The notes: generated from the letters alone by a model not told the origin. Shown: positions 28,850 to 43,628, counted from the first letter of the stretch. The stretch: DNA of 64,000 nucleotides from Octopus vulgaris (GCA_951406725.2 OX597825.1:9672001-9736000), one strand, 5' to 3'. Translations and numbers: made by a program.

Positions 28850-30460
28850 TTTATTTTATTATGATGAAGGCTATAGCTGGTGGTAAGCCTGTGAGGATTT
28901 TTCTTTATAATTTTTCATTAGTTCTTGGAGATCAAGATAAGGTCATTTTCATTTTCTCTTTTGCTTCGTTGAAAATCCCGACACACAAAGATGCTCATAC
29001 AATTGGATACAATGCATGTGTAGCTCTTTCTACTATTTTTGTCCAGGAATCGCACATCAAGGGCTAAAATTCTGCATTTGTTCAGTTCCAGAAATACATC
29101 TTTGTAATCGAGAACTTTCTCAACCATGAATTTAAATACCAAATCTAATTCCTCATCTCCTAATTGAGAAAAATATCAGCGGAATTAATTTTTTAGTGCT
29201 GTCAAATGCAGCAAAGTTTAATTTTTTGGAAATTTTAGTTGCACAAAGTCTTCTCAAACATTTCAGCATTTCTTATAATGATCTTTCTCTCCCAATTTTT
29301 TAGTTTGCTCACGAATGTTTTGAATGAATCGATGAATTGTATGTCTCTTTGTCTTCATTGCGGCTGAAGACACGATTTTTCAGCCAAATCATTCCAGCAC
29401 ATACTGCATTCTTCACCATTCACCCAGATAAAAGATTTCACCTTACCTTGAATATTATAAAATAATTTTAACTCATCTCTAACCTTGAATATTCGTTCAA
29501 TTACATTTCCTCCTGAAAACCATCGAGTATTTGTGCAGAACAGAAGCACATATTAGCCTACATCCAAGTCAACATATAACTGCTTTAAAGGATCATGAGT
29601 TACGAGCTTCTTCTTTGATAATATTCGCAATTTGAACTATTTCGTCGAAAAGATTCTCAAGTTAGGTTTTAAAGCAGTTTTAGGTCAGCACTAAATAATG
29701 GATCATCCAATGAATGCCTTACAATTTCGAAGCACACTTTTCCGCACAAGATTGAAACCAAAGTTGAGTTTGTACAGGTCGCTCAGAATTATGCCACAAA
29801 AGATCTTCTGATTCGAAGAAAAATGAAATTTTTTCCAAAATATTTTTTTCAAAATATTTATTGTTTCAAGTGGAGTACAAAGTAAAAACTCTTTTTAAAA
29901 CTAAACTTGACTAAATATATCTTGTCAAAACATCAGAAGCTGCGAGCACGATGCCACGTTAATTGATGTGATAAAAGCATGATCTGTACAATTTGATGCG
30001 GAATGTCAATAGAAGTCCATAGGTTCTCTTTTGAAGAATCAAGTTTCATAGTGAAATTACTACACAATTTCCACCATTTTGAGAACGTAAAGTTGGATCA
30101 ATTTTTTCCATCTATGTGTGTGTTTTTCTTCATTGCTACCTCTAGTGCATCCACATAAGAAACATCAATAACCGTTTGGTGTATTTCTTGAAATGCCTCT
30201 TTAAATTTAGTTTCATCTTTCTTTTACATTTTTAAATTTAGTTTCATCTTCTTTCTTTTACAAATCACAAATGACGTTCACAAAATCTTTAACCCGAGTC
30301 TTTGTGAGTAGGGTGAACACTCCACAAATGTTGCTTTAATTTTGTTTGTCTCATAGTATTATTTGAGAAATCTTTGCCAGAAACGAAATACTGAAGCCAC
30401 TCTTTCAATGATGATAGATATCAATCTATAACGAATAGATAAATATTGTACCTTCTATGT
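28850..30460 (-). mobile_element. hAT (Buster/Charlie-like) transposase remnant
   Basis: Minus-strand NTMRQTKLKQHLWSVHP (BED-finger-like), HWMIH (cf. HCxIH), LLFCTNTRWFSGGNVIERIFKVRDEL (cf. VRWLSxGxVLxR); many stops. Confidence 0.8.
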
Positions 30461-31515
30461 TTTATTCTGATTGTTGACTCAAGATTCTGGGAATACGAAC
30501 ATGACTAAGTCAACAATAATTAGAAATTAAATATTTCCTCAAATTTAAAAAGGAATATTTATCCTTATTTTTAGCTTAAATTGTGACATCCTCTTGGCTG
30601 TCACAATATCGCAGATTAAATTTTTTTTTTAAATAATTTGACTGCTTAGAAATAATTTTCTGTAATGATGGAAATGCGTTTTAGTAACGGGGTGTATCAG
30701 TAATATTATATTCAGAATTACTGCCCGTGGGTCACGTAAAGGTAAACAGAGAGACTTTTGCTGCCTTTTAATCGCTTAATTTTGCTTTAAACATGCACAT
30801 TCATTCTCGATAATACTATGATATACATATTCATACCTAAGACGATAAAATAGTTCACGGATCCCTCATCGTTACATGAATCTGGTTAAGGTTAATAACA
30901 CCTCTTGTTTTCCAGGAATATCCAAACCAAAGGTTTTTCCACATCATCTGTAAGCATCCCTACTTGCAGGCTCATAGTCACAGCTACACAACCTATAATC
31001 ACAACTATCTACAAATACCTGTACTTAATGGTGAGATCGCAAAATTTTAACAACTAGTTTTTCAAGTAACTGAAAAATTTAAACACAGGTTCTATGTAAA
31101 GAATTCCAAATTGTCAAAAAAAAAAAGCATTGATAACGAAGACTGTGAACTAACTGAAAGAATTTAAAATATTGGTTAACCCGTGTTATTTTTGTTATTC
31201 CCTTTCTTATTTCCTACGAAGTAAACTGCGTTCTAGACTGAAATGGGAAGCAAGGTGCCGTTGCTGTATCTTATTTCTGTTATTTTTTACATTTACTTTA
31301 AACATATTTGACACAAAAATTCTTATGGTAAAATCTCTAGCAAAAATGTTTACAGTGAAAATATTACGGGCAGTTTTTTTCCAGTGAAAATGTTTGTGCC
31401 AAAATTATTTGACATAAAGTTAACTAATTTTCATTTTTAAAAGAGCTTTTCTTTAAATAACCATTTCATAGGAACAGGTGCGAACCAGCTTCTGCTCATC
31501 CTGTACGACATTAAT

Positions 31516-31670
31516 CTTTTCTACTCTAGGCACAAGGCCCGAAATTTTGATGGATGGGGCCAGTCGATTATATCGACCCCACTACGCAACTGATACTTCA
31601 TTTATCGACCTCGAAAAGATGAAAGGCAAAGTCGACCTCGGCAGAATTTGAACTCAGAACATAACGACAG
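31516..31670 (-). mobile_element. SINE family B variant fragment
   Basis: aaaggcaaagtcgacctcggcagaatttgaactcagaac on plus strand. Confidence 0.75.
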
Positions 31671-31917
31671 AGGAAATTTAATAAAATATGTATGACTATT
31701 TATAAATAAAAAGTAAAGTTTGATGGAAGGAAACTTTGTTAAAAATAGTTAATTCTAAATGGCATGAAGCAGACAAGTAAGAGAAGATGGAAATTGAGAC
31801 GTAGGTATACTCGGCAACCTGTGTAAATCTCACCTCATTTTCATCATTTTATTAAATATCGGAGCCATTTCCCACCCGAACAAATAAACCTAACTGCTTG
31901 AAGATTCTTGGTTTACT

Positions 31918-31955
<38 letters not shown>

Positions 31956-33487
31956 ATAGCAGCAGCAGTCGTTCAAGAATTTGGACCTGGAAATCTCCAT
32001 TTCCAGCGACTTCGAGGACCACCTCCCAGTGGTGTCGGCTGTCAACGAAGAGCCCTCGACTACAAGACGACCAAAGTTTTTTTTTTCCCCAAGGTCAGGG
32101 GTCTCCCGCCCCTAAGCCCTAGACCATCACCTAATCACCCTTACCCGTTTTGTTGCTTAACAACAACAACAACAACAGGAGCAGGTTAACAACCTATGTG
32201 TGACTTTCTTCATCAACTATTGACGAGACTGGTGTCCCTTCGATTTTCGTCAACTTGTTGCGCATACGACAGCCCCGCCGATAGAAACATTATTTGCTGG
32301 CGATTGTTCAGTCGGAGAACAGCAAGGAAACCATTCACAAACAATTGTCGACAGATTGTTCGATACACTGAAGAAATATTAAAAATTTAAATAGAAATTA
32401 AATAGATCCAGATGATATAAAATACGCAATGCCTGAAAGAAGATAGGGCAGCCACGAGTGGAACGCTTTTAATCGAAGCGAATAGACACCAACAGCCATG
32501 ATGATGTTTTATAATTTATCACAATCGTTCAACTTGCCGTGCTATCAAGTAAATGCCATTGAAGTAGAAACTCTGAGGAAATAGCGTCTTCAATTTTTAA
32601 TATAAATCGTAAAACTATAGGGCCTTGTCCAGTTAAAAGAAAACAAATCTTTTCATGTCATCATATAATGTGATATATTATACATTTTCTGTGCGTCATT
32701 GGAGATTTTTCAAAGATATATTTTATCTTTCTTATCTTTTCTGGCGTATAAATAAAATGGATTAGACATTTGGCAAAAATATTTTGTAGTAAAAAAAATG
32801 CTTTGAAATTTGTTTGGCAACAAGACCAGCATTGCTTTCTTCCATTTGTAAGTGTTCTCTTTATTCGGAATCAATACATAAAGGACAAGACTTGATAATA
32901 CATAGATATGAAATAATATTCTGTTTTAAATCTAATTACGTGATGTTGAAAACTGGGAAGGGAAAATGGCGTTTAATATTACTTAGATAAGATAAACTAT
33001 TTCGGTTTCAATGAAAATTAATAAAAATGCATACACGTCGTTCAGATGAATGTCTTCATTGAAAACTTTCTACTTGGCAAAATAGTTAACAACAATAGCA
33101 TGAATATTATTAATCTGGAGCAAGCAGCTAATCAAAAAAAGAAATAGTGCATGTTGTAACAGAAAATCATTAGCGGATTGGGCATTTGTTTCTTCTTCTT
33201 CTTCTTCTTCTTCTTCTTCTTCTTCTTCTTCTTCTTCTTCTTCTTCTTGCTACTGCTGTTTTATTTCGCTCAGGTCAACTCAGATTGACCGAAATCTTAT
33301 GGAGTTGTCTCCCGTATTGGTTGAAATAAATTTAAAAAATACTAGTCATTATAAAAGTTTTTGTTTTTTTTTTCCACGACATGTGAATATTTCTAATTAG
33401 TTTGTCGCTGCATTAAATATCTTAAAACAAATTTAACTTTCTTTTTGGTTTTTTGTTTTTTTTTTGTGTTTCTGTGGATAAATCTGG

Positions 33488-33690
33488 GAGCTGGCAGAAT
33501 GGTTAGCTCGCCGAGCAAAATGCATAGCAGCAATCCGTCCATCTTCGCATTCTGAGTTAAAATTCCGCCGAGATTGACTTTGCTTTTCATTATTTCGGAG
33601 TCGATAAATTAAGTACCAGTGAAACACTGGGATCGATGCAATTGACAAATAACTCCCACCCCCGCCACCTCCAAAATTCCAGGCCTTGTA
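33488..33690 (+). mobile_element. SINE family B, older variant
   Basis: gagctggcagaatggttagc..ttctgagttaaaattccgccgag. Confidence 0.75.
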
Positions 33691-33789
33691 TCTTCAGTAA
33701 AATGGACTATTTTTCTTGCAGAAGGAATCTTCGAATAATTTCTCAAAATTATTCTAATTGTTACTCATACTTATATACATTATTGTTTT

Positions 33790-34362
33790 CTAATCTAGGT
33801 ACAAGGCCTGACATTTTTGGAGAGGGGGCCAGTCGATTACATCGACCTCAGTACGCAACTTCTACTTAATTTATCGACCCTGAAAGGATGAAAGGCAAAG
33901 TCGACCTCGGCAGAATTTGAACTCAGAACGCAAAGAGAAGCAAAATACCTATTTCTTTACTACCCACAAGGGGCTAAACACAGAGAGGATAAGCAAGGAC
34001 ATACAAACGGATTAAGTCGATTATATTGACCCCAGTGCGTAACTGGTACTTATTTAATCGACCCCGAAAGGATGAAAAGCAAAGTCGACCTCGGCGGAAT
34101 TTGAACTCATAACGTAGCGGCAGACGAAATACCTATTTCTTTACTACCCACAAGGGGCTAAACACAGAGAGGACAAACAAGGACATACAAACGGATTAAG
34201 TCGATTATATCGACCCCAGTGCGTAACTGGTACTTATTTAATCGACCCCGAAAGGATGAAAGGCAAAGTCGACCTCGGCAGAATTTGAACTCAGAACGTC
34301 AAGACAGACGAAATACCGCTAAGCATTTCGCCCGGCGTGCTAACGATTCTACCAGCTCGCCG
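33790..34362 (-). mobile_element. Head-to-tail trimer of SINE family B
   Basis: Three consecutive core domains, ~184 bp period; complete head only at ~34362. Confidence 0.85.
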
Positions 34363-34643
34363 CTTTACTTATTATGCATTATTGAACTTCTTAGTGATAA
34401 TCCCATCACTAATTGAGCAGGTACAATGCAGGTATCATTCCAATAGCGTCTAGGATCAATTTGTGATGTGCGAATGTGTTCAGGACTTCATTGGGTAAAG
34501 ACTACCGTTTGCAGAAATACGAACTCACAACCTAGTGTCTTCGTATTTCTGCAGCTGGTGAGGTGTTGATATTTACAATCGTGGCTACTGCGAGACTCTC
34601 CTTCAAAGCATCATACTAAAACATACTTAAAGAAAGAAAGAAA

Positions 34644-34697
<54 letters not shown>

Positions 34698-36736
34698 AAA
34701 CATGCGAAAAGACAGCTATAGAAATAAAAAGCAACCGAAATAAATTAAGGAGAAAGTTATTTTTTTTAAGTTAAAAACGATTTAAAATTTTTTGAGAGAT
34801 AAAACTAAAAAAGATAAAAATGGAACAAAAAAAACAGTCGCAGACAGAGAAAAGATGGTGGGGGAAGAAAGGAAGGAAGGAAGGATAACGAAAGAAGACA
34901 GAAGATAGAATGATAAAATATCAAATACAAACAAAGACAAGTTGAATGAACGATAGCAAGATTTATAGACAGAGAAAGACAGAGAGAGAGAGAGAGAGGC
35001 AGGAATAAAGGAAACGGTAAAGATTGAAAGCATTCGTTCTAAGAGAAAGTTAACTAAATTATCAAATCACCGAAAATCACCTCTAAGGCAAATTGCAACA
35101 TCCTTTTATGCTGTTATTATGCTCTTTGTTAATATAGCTTTTGTTTTTCGGGCGGGATGGGTGGAGTTTTATTATTTTTATTTTTTTTATTTTACATTTT
35201 TTTTACTTTTTTAAAAAATTTTTGGTGCTATTTATTTGTTTAAACAAAATCAGTTTCACTTTCGTTTTCATCGAGATTCCATCACCACTGCAAGAGATGC
35301 ATGATAATGCTGAATAGCTTAACACTTCCATTGCCTCTCTCTCCCTCCCTCACTCTCTCTCTCCCTCCCTCCCCCCTCTCTCTCTCTCTTTCTCTTTCTC
35401 TTTCTCTCTCTCTCCCTCTCCGTTTTCTTCCTGACCACCACCATCATTATCACTACCACTAGCCTGTGAAACACTGGAAACAATCCAATTGCACCACAAA
35501 CAAATAAATAACGAAGGTCCATTTGGTGTATTTCGATTTATCTAAACAAAGCAAACCACCCTGTGGATTATGTTTCTTGTCATGAATCTTATAGAAAGGC
35601 AACCGCTTTTGTTTCTAAATCCACTACCTGCTAAATTCATTTCATGTTGTGTCTGAAAGGGGAAGCGAAAGTGAAAGTTACTAATAGATTACGTAATTAT
35701 GCCTCTTAATTGCGTGAATTTTCCAACTGCTCTTGTTTTAGTTTTAGTTGTTGCTTTTCATTTTTGACTGCTTTCAATATATATCCGAGTGAATGTGAGC
35801 GTGTGAGCGTGCATGCGTGCGTGCATGCATCTGCGGCTGCGGCTGCGTATGTATGTCTACGCCAGGGAATGAGTACGTTTTCTCTTAGTGTGATTCTTCC
35901 TTCAAAGAGGCAAATTGCTACAGGTTTAAAGAACAAAAAGATACGAGGTCTACAGTTGGGAAACTTGTAATAAATTACAGTGTGCATGCATTTAAATGAC
36001 GCGAAAATAAACGTATAATACTATGAAAGAGAAGAGCTGCGGCGATAAACAAAACAATAGAATAACTACACGGAACGGTTTCTCTTAGTTAGATACCACG
36101 CTGTTCTAAATCAAATTGTACTAAATCAACTTTGTCTTTCATCTGTCTGGAATCGATGACATATGTATTAACATTATACCTGCTTGTGTATACATTTACA
36201 CCGGTCTAAACAAAAAAACTGGCGTCGTTTGTGATCTGTCCCTTTATGTCACGTATTCCAGTGGTTCGACAAATAGTTCGATAAAATAACTACCAGACTG
36301 AAATAATTTCTGAGGTCGATATTCTTGACCTCTGACCAATGATCAGTAACAAATTCAAATCATATATATATATAAATTAAATAAGGGTAGAAACTGTTAT
36401 TAATCAATTAAAACCAGTGGCCTAGCATATTTTTAAAAATCCGAAGATTAAAAATATTTTTACATACAAATTTTGTATATATATATATATATTTTGTATA
36501 TATATATTTTGTGTGTGTATATATATATATGCATCACGGAACAGGTCGCGGTCTCAAAGTGAAGAAAATAATTTGGTAAATTAAATTTGTATGTTGAAGT
36601 GAATCTAACGGTTCTTGTGTGTTTTTAAATGATTATATAAACACCTTCCAAAATTTTACAGATCTATACATAAGTTTTCTTTCGGGAAAACGTTTTTGTG
36701 TATAGTTCTGTAAAATATGCTTTGAAATACGACAGA

Positions 36737-36813
36737 CTACGCTGAGGATTTACAGATACTGCATCTTGCATTTTGCATTTTGTACGTATTAATAATGAAA
36801 TCATGATACGTAG
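36737..36813 (+). ncRNA. HHR with long, decayed stem II
   Basis: ctacg-CTGAGGA-(48 nt)-GAAA-tcatga-TA-cgtag: perfect 5 bp stem I, palindromic stem III; within a TA-flanked element ~36531-37065. Confidence 0.7.
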
Positions 36814-37064
36814 GTAATCGTTTTATTCTGTAAATTTTCATTTGCCTTGCTTATTTTTTACATTTTGGCGTTTGCTATGTTTTTTTCTTGAGAACACACT
36901 CTTTGTGGTAAGGCGATTTAGCGTCTATTTCTGGTGTATAGGATTCCACTTAGTGGTCATTCCTCTTATTAATTGTAAAATAATTTTTTTTTGAATATGC
37001 TAGATCACAGGTTTAAATTGATGTTAATTGATTGATATAAATTTCTACTCTCAGTATTTTAATT

Positions 37065-37195
<131 letters not shown>

Positions 37196-38951
37196 GTGCA
37201 TGTGTGTGTAAATGAGATGAGAATACCAAATCAAATATACACTCCTAATATAAAGTAGGGGTGGATGAGCCTCTCTGAATCATTCCAATCTTTAATTAAG
37301 CTACCTTATTACCAAAAGCATTTTCATTTGGATTTGGATATATTTTATTCAAAATTATAAAGTCTGTTAATTTTCTTTAGGCCTCCACGTACAGAGAAAT
37401 CATTTTTTTCTCTTGATTGAAACATATGATATTAAAAATCGCAAAACTTCCTAGAATTCCATTCTGACTTTTCACCAGAATTTATCTTTCCGTATATTAT
37501 TTACTGTTTTTAAAAAATCAAAAACGGGAATGGAGAGTGAATGATTTTTAACTACTATTTTCCATGTGTAAGTTCTATGCATTAAATATAGCCATTTGTC
37601 ACCTTCATAGAAGTCGGTGTCACTCGTAGCAACACTCATAGCAATCACCAGTATTCAAGCAGAATTTGCCGACAAACATTACATTAAGACAATAAACCTC
37701 CCATACATGTTAATCAAACGCTGTGATGGACACAAAAAGAGTGGAAGAAAAAGAGAACAACTCCGCTTAAAGCTAACGCTAGACCATTCAGTAGGATTTT
37801 CTGCGGCAGAAAGGGAATTGGAAAGAATGCATAAACAGTGGCGGTGCATCAAAGCTTTACGACGTTTGAACACCGCAGTTTACACGTGACGATAACCATT
37901 TTATGGTGTGGCCATTTGAAGACTGTAAACGGTTCCAATCATTGACAAAAGGATTTACAGATTCTATATATAACAGCCATTACGCATTGTTACCAACAAC
38001 TTTAAGCCGAATAAACTACACAAGAAGTAGAGCAGCAAATGCGAAGTTGTTAGAATCCATGATGCTTCTATTCTGGAACTTGTTATGTGTAATGAACGTG
38101 TATCATTTATGAAATCTGACCGATACTGATCAACCTAGTCAACTGGGGGACTTGAATGTGATCGTTCGACTTTCTAAGTATAACAACAATGCCTACTTCC
38201 ATTAAGGACATACCTGTCCTGCAAAATAATGGGTTATCTATGGCTAAAATGCTGGTCGAATGCTTCATCTAGTCAATTATTTCCGTTCTACGTTAACTGC
38301 TCAAGCTAACAAAAACTTCTGATCTCATCTTCAAAGGCTGAAATATCTCTCAACCCCATTGGTGCATTATAACGATGTTAATTATCCCCAAAATTGCATT
38401 CAAACTGCTGCTGCTGCTACTACAACTACTACTACTACTACTACAACTACTACTACTACTACTAAATTTACTACTACTACAACTACAACTACTACTACTA
38501 CGACTACTACTACTAAATCTACTACTACTAAATCTACTACTACTACTATTCGTCAGCATCGTTGTACTTGTCACCGTTCCCAACGTTATTGTCTTGTGGG
38601 GTTTTTAAAAACTTTTTTTCAAAGATTGTATCAACGCAGAAAGCGATTGGAATGCATAGCGTTCTGAAAGAATAGCTGAAGGATCAATAGTTCAAATGCT
38701 GCCACTGGTACTATCTTGCCTCCTTGGTTACTACCTTTAATTCTAAATTATCTGCAAACGAGTGCTATTGATTTCACTGTTAAACAAAACACGCGTGCGA
38801 GTATTCTATATATACTTTTTTTATCTCATTTTCCCGTCCATTCCCTTTCTTCCCTCTCATATTTCAATTAAACTTCCATGCAAATTGTAATGCCCTTGTG
38901 ATGTTCCCTTTATTATGACCTTGTGGCAAATAAAAGAAATTATTATTATTA

Positions 38952-38993
<42 letters not shown>

Positions 38994-39010
38994 TATATTA
39001 GTTTCATTGC

Positions 39011-39391
39011 GGAGGCGCAATGGCCCAGTGGTTAGGGCAGCGGACTCGCGGTCGTAGGATCGCGGTCCCGATTCCCAGACCGGGCGTTGTGAGTGTTTAT
39101 TGAGCGAAAACACCTAAAGCTCCACGAGGCTCCGGTAGGGATGGTGGTGATCCCTGCTGTACTCTTTCCCCACAACTTTCTCTCACTCTTACTTCCTGTT
39201 TCTGTTGTACCTGCATTTCAAAGGGCCGGCCTTGTCACTCTCTGTGTCACGCTGAATATCCCCGAGAACTACGTTAAGGGTACACGTGTCTGTGGAGTGC
39301 TCAGCCACTTGCACGTTAATTTCACGAGCAGGCTGTTCCGTTGATCGGATCAACCGGAACCCTCGTCGTCGGAACCGACGGAGTGCTTCCA
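39011..39391 (+). mobile_element. SINE family C, full length, 15 bp TSD
   Basis: TSD tatattagtttcatt at 38994 and 39392; tRNA-like head with A/B boxes. Confidence 0.92.
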
Positions 39392-39504
39392 TATATTAGT
39401 TTCATTAATGAAGTAGTGTACATGGATGATTATAAATGAAATTATGGCAGGTATGCAATGTTACGTGTTTTCACATTATATCGGTTTTTACATATTTGTG
39501 AATC

Positions 39505-39895
39505 CTTCAAAAAAAGATGGGTGAATGCAGCAAGGATGGCACGTATGAATGACGAAGCCACCTTGAGCATAATCCTATGAACCCGGAAAAATTTTAAACA
39601 GAGAGTTACTTACTTGCAAATAAATGTGTTAACATGTGACATTATTGACAGAGGTTACCGTGGTATTTTCCGCTTTTCACGGATAAACCTTATCTGCTTC
39701 CCTCTTTACACTTTACACCATGACATTTCTGTGATACACGATCCCTATCGATCGTTTCCCCCCCCCCTTTTTTTTACGATCCCCTTTGATCGAAAACTTA
39801 CCCCACATTTTTTTTTCTTTCTCCCCAAAAAGAAAAGCTCTACTTTGTAATTTGTCCCGTCTGTGTTCAGCCCTGTGTGGCTAACAAAGAAACAC
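39505..39895 (+). mobile_element. Probable LINE 3' end whose tail resembles the SINE B tail
   Basis: ORF end RWVNAARMARMNDEATLSIIL*, then UTR ending tttgtcccgtctgtgttcagccctgtgtggctaacaaagaaa. Confidence 0.5.
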
Positions 39896-39954
39896 ATTTG
39901 TGCACTTTCTGTATAGCAATGTTCAGTATTTGAAACCCTGAAATAGCTGATAGT

Positions 39955-40187
39955 CTATTTCTTTATTACCCACAAGGGGCTAAACATAGAGGGGACAAAC
40001 AAGGACAGACATAGGTATTAAGTCGATTACATCGACCCCAGTGCGTAACTGGTGCTTAATTTATCGACCCCGAAAGGATGAAAGACAAAGTTGACCTCGG
40101 CGGAATTTGAACTCACAACGTAACGACAGGCGAAATACCGCTAAGCATTTCGCCCGGCGCGCTAACGTTTCTGCCAGCTCGCCGCCT
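39955..40187 (-). mobile_element. SINE family B, full length
   Basis: Matches 12180-12407 and 51322-51547. Confidence 0.9.
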
Positions 40188-41586
40188 TGTCTCTAAACGA
40201 AGAATAAGGAGGGTGAAAATAGACGATAGGCAATATTCAATTTCACGAGAATCACGTTGAACTTCTTTTACTTTTGTCTCTGCGATTTCTAAATGAATAG
40301 TTCTTTCTTTGGCAGGCGGAGTCTTTTTTTTTATCCGTGAGTCGAAACAAGTGGTCGCAATAGAAAGAAATGTAGCATCGTGTCATTCCTGTTCGGAATT
40401 AAATGCAAAACAATAATTTTTTAAAAATCAGGAAAGTCGATAAGTTCTTGTTTTTCCCTTAATTCCTTTTAGTGCTATGTCGTAGAGATAAGGGTTTTAC
40501 AGAATGGCAATAGTAAAAACAAATGTAATTTTGAAGTTAAAAATTAATAAACACGAAGTAAATATGGTTTTATTATTTTTTTAAAAATTCATTTATATTT
40601 TGTGTTGTATGGAAAAAGGGAAAGATTTTAGAGAATGGAAAGCGTGTGGAAAAATATATCATTTTGGGGTAAAAAAAAATTAATAAAGATGAGATGCCAA
40701 AACTGTGAAATCAGAAAAAAACATAGTATGTTGTTGGTGTTGACAAAAAATATTTTAAAATGGTGTTTTGTAGTAAGTTTTGAAAAACATGGATTTTTGT
40801 GAAAACATCTTTTTTATTTTAAATGTAATTTACAAGTGTATTAGACGTGTTTCGATGCGTAGTATAATATAATAGCGGCAGGTAAAAAGAAAAAATTCAC
40901 TTAATTGTGAAAAATGATGTGAAGGGAGGGGTTTATGAATTTTTTTCTCTAGGAATGAGGATTACATGTATTTCAAAATGTGAAATATTATGAGGGAAAA
41001 TAAGATAAAAATATTGATGGTTAATGTCGTGAAAGCATGATAAAGTGGCGGCGGGGGTCACTTTGGAAAACGGGAATTTAATTTTTTTCTTTTTTTTTTT
41101 AGAAAAAGCTTCCCTTCATTGTTTTGAAAGCTTCCCTTCATTGTTTTGGGATACAAAGAGAATTTGACCAAATCCCGACTACAACGGAGAAAAATACAAC
41201 TTTTGTGGGACTGCTATTCCGGAAGTCCACAAGATATGATTCAGAAATAAGGAAAGAAAGGAAGTCAAAAGATGAGTTAAAAGAATAAGAACGATGGGCA
41301 AAGTTGTGGAATGTGGTTGATTTTTAGAATTATAGCCATTATGTACATTATTAGGAATTTATTTAATGAACGACAGAAAAAAATTTTAAGGGAACCAAAA
41401 GAAGCGCAGCTACGGAATGCTCTGATAGAAAAAGAGAGTTGAATCTGTTTAGACTGAGTTTTATAGAAGTGTCGAAATATGTAAGCGAAGTGATAGAAAG
41501 AAAAGAAAATTAACGGGACACAAAGCACACACAGAACAGACGAATCTTCAGACATATATCTGTACATATTTTGCTTTGGTTACAGT

Positions 41587-41955
41587 GGAGGCGCAATGGC
41601 CCAGTGGCCGAGTGGTTAGGGCAGCGGACTCGCGGTCGTAGGATCGCGGTTTCGATTCCCAGACCGGGCGTTGTGAGTGTTTATTGAGCGAAAACACCTA
41701 AAGCTCCATGAGGCTTCGGCAGGGATGGTGGTGATCCCTGCTGTACTCTTTCACCACAACTTTCTCTCACTCTTACTTCCTGTTTCTGTTGTACCTGTAT
41801 TTCAAAGGGCCGGCCTTGTCACTCTCTGTGTCACGCTGAATATCCCCGAGAACTACGTTAAGGGTACATGTGTCTGTGGAGTGCTCAGCCACTTACACGT
41901 TAATTTCACGAGCAGGCTGTTCCGTTGATCGGATCAATCGACGGAGTGCTTCCAT
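41587..41955 (+). mobile_element. SINE family C with TSD ttggttaca
   Basis: Near-identical to 39011-39391; ttggttaca at 41576 and 41961. Confidence 0.9.
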
Positions 41956-42116
41956 CCACATTGGTTACAAGGGAAACACGTCTTGACGAAAGCTTTTTAT
42001 TCTGTCTTTCATCTGTAAAATAATTTCAAAATGGCTTTTCTTTTTCCTTTTTTGCTTTTTGGCATCTATTTACATTAATTTCATTTTTTATTTACTTGCA
42101 GCATTTTATCTGTTCA

Positions 42117-42686
42117 ATATCCACAAACAACACTGTTTCAGAAATTCCATTCCCATCATCGGTTTGAAGTGTTACAGAGATTTAAGCAAGTTGATAAGTT
42201 TATAAAACACTCGAAAACATGTCTTGGTTCATATCTAAAAATGAAATGTAAACACTCGAGTATTTATAACAATTGATAAAAATCTTGATTAATTTCAAAT
42301 CAGATTTTCCGACAGATTTCTCGGTGTTTCCTTAAACAAATATTCTCTCGGTTACATTTTTTAGATTCAAAGCAAGCGGTCTTATCGTCAACGTAATATT
42401 GCAGGAAATTACAAGATGTGTCCATTCTAGCCGTATCTATGTATGTATGTATGGGATATGACATTTTAAAAACAAGTTACTCTGAGAAATCTGGAAGTAA
42501 ATCTATTTTTCTATCTGATTTTACAAATAATTTCACATGTTTATTTTTTTATTTTTATCAATGAACCAAGAAATTAATCAATTTTCACAAGTATTTTATA
42601 TACTTATCATGTAATGTATTTAAATGTCTGTAACACTTCACACCGTTGATAGAACGGATTTCCGACACAATGTTGTTTATGAATAT
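42117..42686. mobile_element. Decayed MITE-like inverted-repeat element
   Basis: tgaagtgttacaga / tctgtaacacttca and surrounding diverged reverse-complementary arms. Confidence 0.55.
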
Positions 42687-43212
42687 AAAGGTGTTAAAGC
42701 TGAAATTAGATTATAAATTAAATTATCAAAATTACTTTCAGAGAAATAAACATGTTTTGGCTTATTTTACATACGAAAGAAAGTATACGATTAAATTGCG
42801 CGTGTATATATAAATATATATATATATGTGTTTATACGTAGGCATGCATATATGTATGTAAAATTGAAAATGTCTGTTAGTCCCTAAAAGGTTAGCTATA
42901 ATCAATAATATATTACTCAAAACATTGGCTGTAAATTTGGAAAATTAATTAATTCGATTCTGATAAAAAAAATACATTGGTTACATTTTTGAAGATATCA
43001 AAGAGCGATATAATTGAAGTTATAGATATATGTTCCAAATGTGAACTTTGGATACTCAAGCATTCGTCTTCGCAACGTCAATTTACAGCGGATCTATTCG
43101 CCAAAATCTTTCCTTCACACTTCTTCCTCTGTCATTGGCATTGATCTCTCTCGGATCCTAAGTTTCCGATTTTGCTTTACATATACATGTATCTGTGTGT
43201 GTGTTTTGATTA

Positions 43213-43628
43213 CAGGTAAGTTCAATGCCGTCAGTTCACCGTGAAGTAAGTTCACCGTAATGAAAGTTCGCTGTTCCAGCGCATCAGCCTCACCATCACC
43301 CGTGGCAACGCTGCAAGCTGCTGGCGTGTTTCAATAGCCATTAGAAAGGTTTCTCATCAGACCCAACTTTTCAACCCAAGGTGGTGAATTGCTTTTTTTT
43401 CCCCTTTTCCTCCTTCTTTCTCTCTTTTTTTTCTTAATTTTTTCAATTGTGTTCTCTGTTTTGTCCAATTTTCTAGTTTGATTTTGTAAAACGATAAACA
43501 CTGTGAAGACAATAAAAAATTACTGTGAAGTTAACCGTGAAGTTCACCTCGAGGAAAGTTTACCGAGAAAATATATCCATATATCGTCAAAAACTATTTT
43601 ATTGAAATAAAGACGGTGAACTTACTGG
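43213..43628. mobile_element. Putative non-autonomous DNA transposon with subterminal repeats
   Basis: Repeated aagttcaccgt-like motifs; ends gtaagttca / tgaacttac. Confidence 0.4.

Noticed and set aside
37617-38112. Two short plus-strand ORFs of ordinary composition
   Set aside because: No recognisable motif or splice support; may be an old TE.
39011-39085. tRNA genes at SINE heads (also 9488, 26570-26642, 41587, 48932, 61096)
   Set aside because: They continue into SINE bodies, some with TSDs; tRNA-derived, not supported as tRNA genes.
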